Part shown: positions 1 to 6,927 of the stretch, piece by piece
Numbering within the stretch: position 1 is the stretch's first letter
Layout: each line of letters opens with the position of its first letter
DNA from: a virus
Strand: one strand, 5' to 3'
DNA: 37,522 bases
IMG/VR virus record: IMGVR_UViG_3300016664_000053
Made by a program: the position numbers and the translations under genes
The notes under the pieces: model-generated
The model's input: the letters and a program-made list of their open reading frames with translations, nothing else
Databases searched by the model: none
Told to the model about the DNA's origin: nothing

Positions 1-104
1 GGCGGCACGGGCGGCGGCATCGGCGGCGGCGGCACGGGCGGCGGCATCGGCGGCGGCACGGGCGGCGGCACGGGCGGCGGCACGGGCGGCGGCATCGGCG
101 GCAT
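1..104. repeat. GGC/GCC-rich tandem repeat tract (units ggcggcacgggc / ggcggcatcggc); minus strand encodes (AAAR/AAAD)n
   Basis: Read directly. Positions 1-58 are identical to 1885-1942, and 1-22 are identical to 37501-37522. Confidence 0.9.
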
Positions 105-573
105 CCATCTCTTTCGCCACATCGTCGCCGGACAACCGCCTGCGCAGCAAGTCAGCTACGCGCATAATTGCAGTCTCGCAGCCGCGCCACCAATCCGCGT
201 CAACCTGTTTCATCCGCAATGACTTGAGCGCGGAATGGTCGCCGTCATCCAGTCGCCGGATCAGGAATAGATCACGCGCTTTGTCGTAGTCGCGCGGAGT
301 TTGCACCAGTTCTGCGATGCGCAAGGCAAATTCTGCCCGTGCCTTTTCTTCGTCATCAGCACCAACTTCGGCATCAAACAGATATACATTCAGAGACGCA
401 AGCCATTCAGGCCAGCCCGCCGTAACGCAGTCTTGGGTGTTGTGTGCGCCGCTCACCATTGCACTCATCATGCAGACCGCGTGGGTCCCATCGCCCCACG
501 ATCCGGCCTTCAGTTTTCCAGCGTCGATTGCCGCGCGCAATTTGTCAGCAGCATGTGTGTCGATAATCGTCAT
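1..573 (-). CDS. Hypothetical early protein, 5' part (ATG 573..571). Runs off the window start and continues in frame at 37522..37423. Has a C-terminal Ala-rich tail.
   Basis: Own translation: MTIIDTHAADKLRAAIDAGKLKAGSWGDGTHAVCMM...DDVAKEMDAADAAARAAARAAARAAADAAAR. ATGA overlap with the stop of the upstream gene (570-572). Absent from the ORF track because there is no stop inside the window. Confidence 0.6.
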   Translation of the reverse strand, partial: MTIIDTHAADKLRAAIDAGKLKAGSWGDGTHAVCMMSAMVSGAHNTQDCVTAGWPEWLASLNVYLFDAEVGADDEEKARAEFALRIAELVQTPRDYDKARDLFLIRRLDDGDHSALKSLRMKQVDADWWRGCETAIMRVADLLRRRLSGDDVAKEMDAADAAARAAARAAARAAADAAARAAAADAAARAA

Positions 574-971
574 TTGTCTTTTCCTTTCCATTGTGTGTTG
601 ATCTGTGCCAGCTTGGCTTCTGCGGCTTCGGCGCGAGCATGGGCCTCGGCCATAGCATCCCTCACATGGCCGAACGCCTCCACCGCCACGGCCAGCTTGG
701 CGCGCAGGGCCTCGTTATTTTCGTGTGTTGCCTTGACAAGTTCGACGAGGCCGTTGTTGTCGGCCGCACATTGCGCCAGCTTGGCCTCCGATGTGGCGAC
801 CGCGAGGGCGGCGCGACTTACTGCACCTTGAATGCAGACAACTAGATCATTTGGAATGGGAGTTCCGTCGATCTTTCGCACCCACTTTTCATTGTGCGGT
901 TTGCCCGCCCATTCACGGTATCCGTCATCAACAGCTTTCCGCAGCAGGGTGGCGAATGGGTTAGCGGTCAT
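570..971 (-). CDS. Hypothetical Ala-rich coiled-coil early protein (133 aa), paralogous segments shared with neighbours
   Basis: ORF track 570..1088, trimmed to ATG 971..969 (MTANPFATLL...). GAGGAGG lies 10-16 nt upstream. ATGA-type overlap with the previous stop. Contains a RAKLAVAVEA segment. Confidence 0.6.
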   Translation of the reverse strand: MTANPFATLLRKAVDDGYREWAGKPHNEKWVRKIDGTPIPNDLVVCIQGAVSRAALAVATSEAKLAQCAADNNGLVELVKATHENNEALRAKLAVAVEAFGHVRDAMAEAHARAEAAEAKLAQINTQWKGKDK

Positions 972-1180
972 TTTTTTTTTGCCTCCTCGATAGCAGCGCG
1001 GTCGATCTGTGACAGCGTTTCCCTGACGCCGGGAATATCTAAGACCGCTTGCAGCTTGCTGGACTGCGCAGAAAAAGCGCGTTTCCACTTTTCAGCGTCA
1101 TCCACAGCCACGGCCAGCTTGGCGCGCAGGTCGGCCAGTTCACGCTCCACCGCGTCTGCGGCAGCTTCAATAGAATGCAT
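968..1180 (-). CDS. Hypothetical coiled-coil early protein (70 aa)
   Basis: ORF track 968..1183 (TTG), trimmed to ATG 1180..1178 (MHSIEAAADAVERELADLRAKLAVAVDD...). TGATG overlap with the upstream stop. Confidence 0.55.
   Translation of the reverse strand: MHSIEAAADAVERELADLRAKLAVAVDDAEKWKRAFSAQSSKLQAVLDIPGVRETLSQIDRAAIEEAKKK
971..980 (-). other. A10 homopolymer (T10 on the + strand) exactly at the junction of genes 968..1180 and 570..971; candidate slippery site
   Basis: Minus strand reads GCA AAA AAA AAA TGA, with the downstream ATG in the -1 frame (A AAA AAA heptamer). Confidence 0.3.
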
Positions 1181-1368
1181 CAATCCATCTTCTCCATTGC
1201 GCGGGCCAAGATCATTTCGGCCCGGTTGCGGCCAAAGCGCTGCACAAGCGCCGTAGCAAGCGCTTCTGGCATGTCGCTGGCGTCGAAGTTGGACAGCGCA
1301 CCACGCAAGGCGCGGCGATCTGCGGCCACTACAAGCGCACCACGGGGCATGGGCGGGTAATCATCCAT
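1180..1368 (-). CDS. Hypothetical protein (62 aa)
   Basis: C-terminal part of ORF 1180..1557 from ATG 1368..1366 (MDDYPPMPRGALVV...). ATGGATGA overlap with the upstream stop. Confidence 0.5.
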   Translation of the reverse strand: MDDYPPMPRGALVVAADRRALRGALSNFDASDMPEALATALVQRFGRNRAEMILARAMEKMD

Positions 1369-1564
1369 TGTGCTGATCCAAATTGCGCAGGAACGTGGCG
1401 GCGGCGGCTTTGCCTTTGTAAGCGGCATTGGCAAGATCAAATGCCGAAGCGTTAACCTTGGCAGCGCGCAAGTCGTCCACCATTTGAGAAAAGCGAGGGG
1501 GGCCGTCTTGGCGGTCGTGGTATTCGCCGCGCTCTGTCTTGGCGATGATGTCTGCAAGCGTCAT
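1361..1564 (-). CDS. Hypothetical protein (67 aa)
   Basis: ORF 1361..1633 trimmed to ATG 1564..1562 (MTLADIIAKTERGEYHDRQDG...). GGAGG lies 6 nt upstream. Confidence 0.5.
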   Translation of the reverse strand: MTLADIIAKTERGEYHDRQDGPPRFSQMVDDLRAAKVNASAFDLANAAYKGKAAAATFLRNLDQHNG

Positions 1565-1565
1565 G

Positions 1566-1664
1566 TCAGCCTCCGATACTGAGGAAGAGGTAAAGCGCGG
1601 GATATGTCGCGCCGATGAATAGGACCGCGCCAAGAACAGCGCGCAACAGGCCGGGGCGTGTCAT
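1566..1664 (-). CDS. Very small hydrophobic (single-TM-like) peptide, 32 aa
   Basis: Own translation: MTRPGLLRAVLGAVLFIGATYPALYLFLSIGG*. ATGA overlap with the stop of 1661..1861. Too short for the ORF track. Confidence 0.35.
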   Translation of the reverse strand: MTRPGLLRAVLGAVLFIGATYPALYLFLSIGG

Positions 1665-1861
1665 GGCTTCCTCATTTCTGCAAGGGCGCGCGTTAGGTCT
1701 AAGCTGGCGCGGCGGATGGTGGCTGTTTCCTTAAATCCTGTGCCAGTTGTCATGTAGCGGCGAAAGTGATCGTCGGTTGCTTCCCGCTCCTTCATGGCAT
1801 CTACTGCCGCGATAAAGCGCTCTGCCGCTTCCTTGGCGGCGTCTATGGTGTATCGCTTCAT
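1661..1861 (-). CDS. Hypothetical protein (66 aa)
   Basis: ORF track entry; start overlaps the stop of the upstream gene (1858-1860). Confidence 0.55.
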   Translation of the reverse strand: MKRYTIDAAKEAAERFIAAVDAMKEREATDDHFRRYMTTGTGFKETATIRRASLDLTRALAEMRKP

Positions 1862-2175
1862 TCCTGCCCCCGTGCTTTGGCGATGGCGGCACGGGCGGCG
1901 GCATCGGCGGCGGCGGCACGGGCGGCGGCATCGGCGGCGGCATCGGCGGCGGCATCGGCGGCATCCAACGCCTCTAGCAAATCCGGCGCGGCGGCGATCA
2001 GGCTGGCGTTTGCCATAGCTTCCGGAAGAGACGGCGCAAATGTCGTGTGTTCATCGAACATGATATCGGCAACGGGAACGCTATGGCTTCCAGCGTTGCT
2101 AACAATTTCGATTTCATTTTCGCCAAGATAGTCGATCAGGACAACCCAAGGCCCCGGCGTATGCTTTCCAGTCAT
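1858..2175 (-). CDS. Hypothetical phage protein with TPGPW...AAPDLLEAL motifs (recalled as Ead/Ea22-like) and a C-terminal (AAAD/AAAR)n tail
   Basis: ORF 1858..2193 trimmed to ATG 2175..2173 (MTGKHTPGPWVV...), with ATGA overlap. Family name is from memory only. Confidence 0.55.
   Translation of the reverse strand: MTGKHTPGPWVVLIDYLGENEIEIVSNAGSHSVPVADIMFDEHTTFAPSLPEAMANASLIAAAPDLLEALDAADAAADAAADAAARAAAADAAARAAIAKARGQE
1885..1964. repeat. Second copy of the GGC/GCC repeat tract
   Basis: 1885-1942 is identical to 1-58 (58 nt, checked base by base). Confidence 0.9.
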
Positions 2176-2408
2176 TCTTCCACCCATTCCCAATTGTCAG
2201 CCAAGGCCAAGATCGCGTCATGCAGCGCGTCCGGCAGATAGGCAATGTCAACGTCAATCCCGAGGATGCAAAGGCTTGTCACCTCGACCGTGCTTTCATC
2301 CACCACGTCAAAGCGCGGCGATCCGGGGACGCCATAATCGGTGACTTCACCGTCCGCGACGTAATATGCGAGTATGTCGCCGCTGTCGTATTTTGCGATG
2401 TATGGCAT
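2172..2408 (-). CDS. Hypothetical protein (78 aa)
   Basis: ORF track entry. Preceded by GGAGGAAACGGACAC, which lies inside a 20-nt leader duplicated at 2673-2692. Confidence 0.6.
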   Translation of the reverse strand: MPYIAKYDSGDILAYYVADGEVTDYGVPGSPRFDVVDESTVEVTSLCILGIDVDIAYLPDALHDAILALADNWEWVEE

Positions 2409-2459
2409 GTGTCCGTTTCCTCCGTTGTGGAAGCCCCGACCTGGGCCGGGGCTGTGGTG

Positions 2460-2672
2460 TCAAGCCTCAATCAGTTCGCCGTGCGGCGTCTTCTGAACGA
2501 TATTGAGCGCCGGATCGGTGCGGGCCATCATCGCGTCTGCATAAATGACAGGCGTAGCGTAAACCTCGCCGCCGCCGGGGTGAAAGGCGGCTTCCTTGCG
2601 GGCGTGGTTAATGTAAAGCATCGCCGTTGCGCGCTTTGCCTTCAGTTCGTTGATAATTTCAAGTGCCGTCAT
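2460..2672 (-). CDS. Hypothetical protein (70 aa), first gene of the leftward accessory operon
   Basis: ORF 2460..2804 trimmed to ATG 2672..2670 (MTALEIINELKAKR...), preceded by GGAGGAAACGGAC. Confidence 0.6.
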   Translation of the reverse strand: MTALEIINELKAKRATAMLYINHARKEAAFHPGGGEVYATPVIYADAMMARTDPALNIVQKTPHGELIEA

Positions 2673-2710
2673 GTCCGTTTCCTCCGTTGTGGCTTGCGCC
2701 GTTCCATGTG

Positions 2711-2760
2711 TTGACATTGCCGCATCGCTCTTGACATTGCAAGCGGAAAAATGCGATTGT
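2711..2760 (+). promoter_or_regulatory. Two direct TTGACATTGC repeats 20 nt apart (2711-2720, 2731-2740); candidate tandem -35 boxes or operators in a divergent intergenic region
   Basis: Read directly. Each TTGACA is followed 17 nt later by nnATTG (acattg, cgattg). Confidence 0.3.
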
Positions 2761-2788
2761 GACGCACGGACTGAACAAAGGGCCACAC

Positions 2789-2950
2789 ATGACCGCAGCA
2801 TCACAGATCACGCGCGAAGCTATCCTCGCGCTACTGCACGAAAAGCCAGGCATCACGCATGGCGAGATTGTCCGAGAAACGGGCCTCGCGCCAAACACCG
2901 TCACAAAGCACCTGAAGGCGATCAGGTCGGGGTGGGAGGTGAAGGAATGA
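2789..2950 (+). CDS. Small winged-helix/HTH DNA-binding protein (53 aa)
   Basis: ORF 2759..2950. The ATG at 2789 gives MTAASQITREAILALLHEKPGITHGEIVRETGLAPNTVTKHLKAI, a MarR/ArsR-like wHTH pattern. A GTG at 2759 is an alternative start. Confidence 0.55.
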   Translation: MTAASQITREAILALLHEKPGITHGEIVRETGLAPNTVTKHLKAIRSGWEVKE

Positions 2951-3627
2951 CAGACGCACCGGAACGGATCTGGGTATCAGAAACGCCAGGTCAAAACTGG
3001 CCATACCCCGAAGAACGGCGCGGGGCTTGGACAACTAATGTCGGGCAGCATGGCAATCAGGTCGAATACATCCGCGCTGATTTGTGCAGGGCAGAGCCGC
3101 AGGGGTGGAAGATCAAGCCTCTTGAGTTCGTCGAGATTGCGCGCGGTTTGTTTGCGGCATCAACGCCGTTTGGACTGTATCATGTGTGGGAAGGCCATTA
3201 TCAGGCACCTTGCGACCGCATGGGCCAGCCAAGCAATAATCCAAAGGCCGACGCGCAAGAGGATTACGAAAACCGCATACGGTCAGTATTGATCACTGAA
3301 GGTGTCCAAGATGAAATTTCATCTTGGCGCATGGCAGCAGATGAGGCTGAGAAAGAGGTCGCGGCGCTGCGAATAACTCGCACAAAACTAGAAGAGGATC
3401 GAGACAATCTACTTAGCCAAATTGCAGCGCAGAGAGCATTTCGTGAGGCTTATTTTGATTTGTCAGAGAGATACAAGTCTGCGCTTGAAGAAATAGCGCA
3501 AAGCGACATTGAGAGCTTTACGCTTGAGGCAAAGGTCGGGCATATCAAGGCCACTGACGGTCGGCGCTACTGCGATGAGCCTGACGTGGCGCGCCTGATC
3601 AAGACCGCCAAGAAAGCGCTATCTTGA
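2947..3627 (+). CDS. Hypothetical protein (226 aa): globular N-terminal part (ERIWV...YIRADL...KIKPLEF) plus C-terminal coiled coil
   Basis: ORF 2650..3627 trimmed to ATG 2947 (ATGA overlap with the wHTH stop; GGAGG upstream). The C-terminal half is visibly AT-richer. Confidence 0.65.
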   Translation: MTDAPERIWVSETPGQNWPYPEERRGAWTTNVGQHGNQVEYIRADLCRAEPQGWKIKPLEFVEIARGLFAASTPFGLYHVWEGHYQAPCDRMGQPSNNPKADAQEDYENRIRSVLITEGVQDEISSWRMAADEAEKEVAALRITRTKLEEDRDNLLSQIAAQRAFREAYFDLSERYKSALEEIAQSDIESFTLEAKVGHIKATDGRRYCDEPDVARLIKTAKKALS

Positions 3628-3807
3628 CCGCTCGCCATGCCTGCCCTAGCCTATGCATATTCTGCGGGGTGTTTCGGGGCAGGTATCGCGGCCCGTCCTA
3701 ACAATAAGCCTGCATCCTGCCCGCGCTTCGTCATATCGGGATGCAGGAAACGGGGCGGCTCACTGCCAGAGTGTGAGCATCCTTCCTCTAACAAACGGAA
3801 ACTGAAC

Positions 3808-4371
3808 ATGACATGGCTTATCGCCTGTGAATATTCCGGCAGGGTGCGCGATGCCTTCCTTGCGCGCGGCATTGACGCCGTATCATGCGACCTACTCCCG
3901 ACGGAAGTTGACGGACCGCATATCCAAGGCGACGTTACGGAACAACTGCAAAGGAGCTGGGCTGGCGTCATTGCTCATCCGCCATGCACTCGACTGTGCA
4001 ACTCCGGCGTCCGATGGCTGCATGAACGCAATCTATGGGACGACCTCGCCCAGGCTGTCGCGTTCTTCAAAGCCTGCCTCGCCGCAAACGCGCCTAAGGT
4101 GGCGGTGGAAAACCCGGTGATGCACAAATATGCTCGCGATCAGATCGGCCCGGCCAGCTTCACAGTGCAGCCATGGCAGTTTGGGGACAACGCGAAAAAG
4201 CGCACATGCTTTTGGACGCGCGGCCTGCCGCCGCTGGTGCCAACGTCTGATCTTGATGGCACGACTGCCCGCGCAGAATGCCATTTTGCATCGCCCGGCC
4301 CGTCGCGTTGGAAAGAGCGCAGCCGAACGTATCCAGGTATTGCCAAGGCGCTTGCGGCGCAATACGGTTGA
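3808..4371 (+). CDS. Putative short DNA cytosine-C5 methyltransferase-like protein (187 aa)
   Basis: ORF 3637..4371 trimmed to M58 (MTWLIACEYSGRVRDAF...). AHPPCTRL resembles the PC catalytic motif IV and VENPV resembles ENV motif VI. Resembles short phage MTases recalled from memory. Confidence 0.5.
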   Translation: MTWLIACEYSGRVRDAFLARGIDAVSCDLLPTEVDGPHIQGDVTEQLQRSWAGVIAHPPCTRLCNSGVRWLHERNLWDDLAQAVAFFKACLAANAPKVAVENPVMHKYARDQIGPASFTVQPWQFGDNAKKRTCFWTRGLPPLVPTSDLDGTTARAECHFASPGPSRWKERSRTYPGIAKALAAQYG

Positions 4372-4411
4372 CTGATCCCGCGCGCTGGCCTCCTCGCAGC
4401 GCGGCAAACTG

Positions 4412-4448
4412 CCCCCGGATCTAGATTACTCTCCGGGGGTGTTTTTTT
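4412..4448 (+). terminator. Rho-independent terminator for the + strand cassette
   Basis: cccccgga (4412-4419) pairs with tccggggg (4432-4439), followed by tgttttttt. Overlaps the 3' end of the convergent minus-strand gene. Confidence 0.65.
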
Positions 4449-4632
4449 CATTAGGCACCAGTTTTGCCGCGATATTGCGCTTGGCAATAACAAGAATCTG
4501 ACCGCCATGCCGCACAAGTCGCACATCATCTTGCGTCAGTTCAAATCGCCTGATGTATGCTTTCGCATCCTCTAACGCCTCGGCGCTGTCGTCACTGGCA
4601 TAGATCACTGGTCCGCTTGGAGCCTTAGCCAT
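4426..4632 (-). CDS. Hypothetical protein (68 aa)
   Basis: ORF 4426..4650 trimmed to ATG 4632 (MAKAPSGPVIYAS...), with GGGAGG 8 nt upstream. Confidence 0.5.
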   Translation of the reverse strand: MAKAPSGPVIYASDDSAEALEDAKAYIRRFELTQDDVRLVRHGGQILVIAKRNIAAKLVPNEKNTPGE

Positions 4633-5048
4633 ACCGTGAAAGCCTCCCAAGCTGCCTCATGCCCAAGGGCAACACAAGCAAACGCGCCGCCTGCCTTTGC
4701 CGCCTTTAGATAGCGCCTTTGCCCGTCCTGCCATTGGCTCTTTGTATAGTCGCGGCGCTTCATTTCGCAAACAAAAGCAACGCGCGCCGGGATGATAATA
4801 TCCGCCGCGCCCGCCGTCATGCCCTCGGCCTTGTGCTTTGTAACCGCCCCAACATGCCCGCCCCTGCGCAGCCCTTCATTGCGCGGGTGCAGCGCTAGCG
4901 CGCCCCATGTGTCGGGATATTCACGGCGCAGGCGGTTGAAGAACGTGATCTGGTCCGCGTCCTCAGCTGGACATGCGCCGCGAAACTCCACATCGCCAAA
5001 CGTCACAACGCCATGCGCCGCCAAGTCGTGAAAGTCACTCAGCCGCAT
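4605..5048 (-). CDS. VRR-NUC domain nuclease
   Basis: ORF track entry. ...GAADIIIPARVAFVCEMKRRD... fits the D-x(n)-E-x-K VRR-NUC core. Sits downstream of a helicase, as is common in phages. Confidence 0.75.
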   Translation of the reverse strand: MRLSDFHDLAAHGVVTFGDVEFRGACPAEDADQITFFNRLRREYPDTWGALALHPRNEGLRRGGHVGAVTKHKAEGMTAGAADIIIPARVAFVCEMKRRDYTKSQWQDGQRRYLKAAKAGGAFACVALGHEAAWEAFTVWLRLQADQ

Positions 5049-6927
5049 GTCTTGCCTTCCTTTCTGCCGGATCTTGATCGGCTGGCTTGTTGTATCCCTT
5101 CACCTCGTAAAACCCGGTCTGCACGTTCTTGCAATATGTGACCGTGCGGGGCTTTTCGGTTCCGTCATTGGTGCAGGCAACAAATGCGGCATAGTCACGC
5201 TGACCGCGCAGGAATGTGGCCTCTGGCTGGAACCATACAGAAAACTGCCTGTATGGAGTGACAAACTCAACCCGCAGCGTCTTGTTTCCCGCGCGGCTGA
5301 TCCCCGGCGCGCAAGACATGCTCAGAATCTCGTCGGTCTGAATTTGCGTCGGGTCTTTCTTCATCGCCCGGAAATCTGCGATCAGCTTTTGATTGGGGTC
5401 AACAATCTCGCCCTTGCATTCTGTGCAATACCGCGCGGCAATGTCGTTTTCCGCATCGCAATGCGGGCATTTCTTGTGCGTCCAGCGATAGGAGCAATCA
5501 ACATACTCGCCAAGCCTGGTGCCTTGCATTTTGGCCTGACACCGCCGCCCGTAATGCGCTGGCACGTCTGCCATGATCGGCGCGTCCCGTTCCTCATCCC
5601 ATGCAACCTGGACACGGACGCGGTATCCGTCATGGTCCACCACATAGCCGTTCTGATCTGTTTTGACCTTCGGCTTTCCATCCGTGCCGATGTATTCTGA
5701 CCGCCACTTAAATTCATTTCCATGGCCGCATGTCGGGCACTCTGCATGGCAAAGCCAGCCTCCTTCATGCAGCTTGGCGGCGACGATCTCCGGCGCGAAT
5801 AGGTCACCATCCGGACAATGGTCCGCGATGTTGGTGGTGTAATCTAGGATAATGCAATCGGACTTTCCCGGGTGAAGCCTTAGCCCTCGCCCAATGATCT
5901 GCTGTAGCAAGCCGACGCTTTCGGTCTTGCGCAGAATGGCAATCACATCAACGTGCGGCGCGTCAAAGCCTGTCGTCAATGCCGACACGCTCACCAGATA
6001 CTTAAGCGCTCCAGCCTCGCCATTTGCGCCTGCCTTGAAGCGCGCGAGGATGGCGTCCCGCTCTTTCTTTGGCGTGTCGCCTGTCACGATTGCCGAAAGG
6101 TCAGGCGGCAGGCTTGCCATGATCTCGTGTGCGTGTTGCACGGTCGCGGCAAAGAACATGACGCCAAGCCTGCCGCGTGACTGCGCCACCACATCGGCAA
6201 CAATGGCCGCAGTCTTGCGCCCATGCCCGTGATACGCGCGATCAACGGCATCGGCGTCAAACTGGCCTCTGGCATTTAGGGAAAGCCCTGCCGTGTCATA
6301 TCCTTCCGCCCCTGTCGCGCCGATCACTGGAGGCGTCAGGAAGTCTTGGCTGATCAGGTCACGCGCGCCGATCTTATAGACGCACTTGGCAAAATATGGG
6401 TCCCTTGCGTCATTGTCGGTGTTGATCCGCCCGTCTGCATGTTCGCGGAATATCCATCCTTGCCCAAGCCTGTATGGCGTGGCGCTAAGACCGCAAACGC
6501 GCAGGTTCGGGTTTCCCTCTCGCATGGCGTCAATGATGCTTTGCACGGTCGGGGTGATGCCATGCGCCTCGTCCAAGATGACAATCGCATAATTTTCCTT
6601 GAACCTGCTGATCCTGTTTTTGACGGTAAGCGGCGATCCGAATACGACTGGATGGCGCAACTCTTTCCGGCCCGCGCTTGCTGAAAACATGCTGGCCGGG
6701 TTTCCCGTTGCCAGAAACTTCGCCATGTTTTGCGTCACCAATTCGGCGCTAGGCGCAAGGCACAGGACGCGCTTTCCCGTCATGCCATGAATGACGCGGG
6801 CGATCTCGGCAATGATATGAGACTTGCCCGCGCCTGTTGCGGCATCAATGATGATCGGCTCCCGGCTTCGCCTCATCCATTCAAGCGCTGCCTGTGCAGC
6901 CTCGGCTTGATACGGGCGCAGGGTCAT
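5035..6927 (-). CDS. SF2 (DEAH-box) DNA helicase with C-terminal Cys-rich zinc-ribbon region
   Basis: ORF 5035..6963. The ATG at 6927 (MTLRPYQAEAA) has an ATGA overlap with the exonuclease stop. Walker A DAATGAGKS, DEAH box ILDEAH, and CPTCGH/CPHCD/CTEC clusters. Confidence 0.85.
   Translation of the reverse strand: MTLRPYQAEAAQAALEWMRRSREPIIIDAATGAGKSHIIAEIARVIHGMTGKRVLCLAPSAELVTQNMAKFLATGNPASMFSASAGRKELRHPVVFGSPLTVKNRISRFKENYAIVILDEAHGITPTVQSIIDAMREGNPNLRVCGLSATPYRLGQGWIFREHADGRINTDNDARDPYFAKCVYKIGARDLISQDFLTPPVIGATGAEGYDTAGLSLNARGQFDADAVDRAYHGHGRKTAAIVADVVAQSRGRLGVMFFAATVQHAHEIMASLPPDLSAIVTGDTPKKERDAILARFKAGANGEAGALKYLVSVSALTTGFDAPHVDVIAILRKTESVGLLQQIIGRGLRLHPGKSDCIILDYTTNIADHCPDGDLFAPEIVAAKLHEGGWLCHAECPTCGHGNEFKWRSEYIGTDGKPKVKTDQNGYVVDHDGYRVRVQVAWDEERDAPIMADVPAHYGRRCQAKMQGTRLGEYVDCSYRWTHKKCPHCDAENDIAARYCTECKGEIVDPNQKLIADFRAMKKDPTQIQTDEILSMSCAPGISRAGNKTLRVEFVTPYRQFSVWFQPEATFLRGQRDYAAFVACTNDGTEKPRTVTYCKNVQTGFYEVKGYNKPADQDPAERKARHAAE

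Noticed and set aside
1-104. GGC repeat tracts as a possible CRISPR array.
   Set aside because: The units are 9-12 nt, contiguous and without spacers, and they lie inside coding sequence. There is no repeat-spacer architecture and no cas genes.
1731-1964. Proline-rich ORFs reading PPMPPPV repeats (1731..1964 minus, and the N-terminus of 37071..37520).
   Set aside because: This is an alternative frame of the GCC repeat. The in-frame reading (AAAD/AAAR) is contiguous with upstream coding sequence, and the downstream gene has its own ATG and overlap coupling at 37430.
2789-4371. Complete type II R-M system (C protein - REase - MTase).
   Set aside because: The middle 226-aa protein shows no PD-(D/E)xK, HNH or GIY-YIG motif. 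Its N-terminal ERIWV...YIRADL...KIKPLEF pattern and coiled-coil tail resemble common hypothetical phage early proteins. Only the cassette architecture is reported as a finding.
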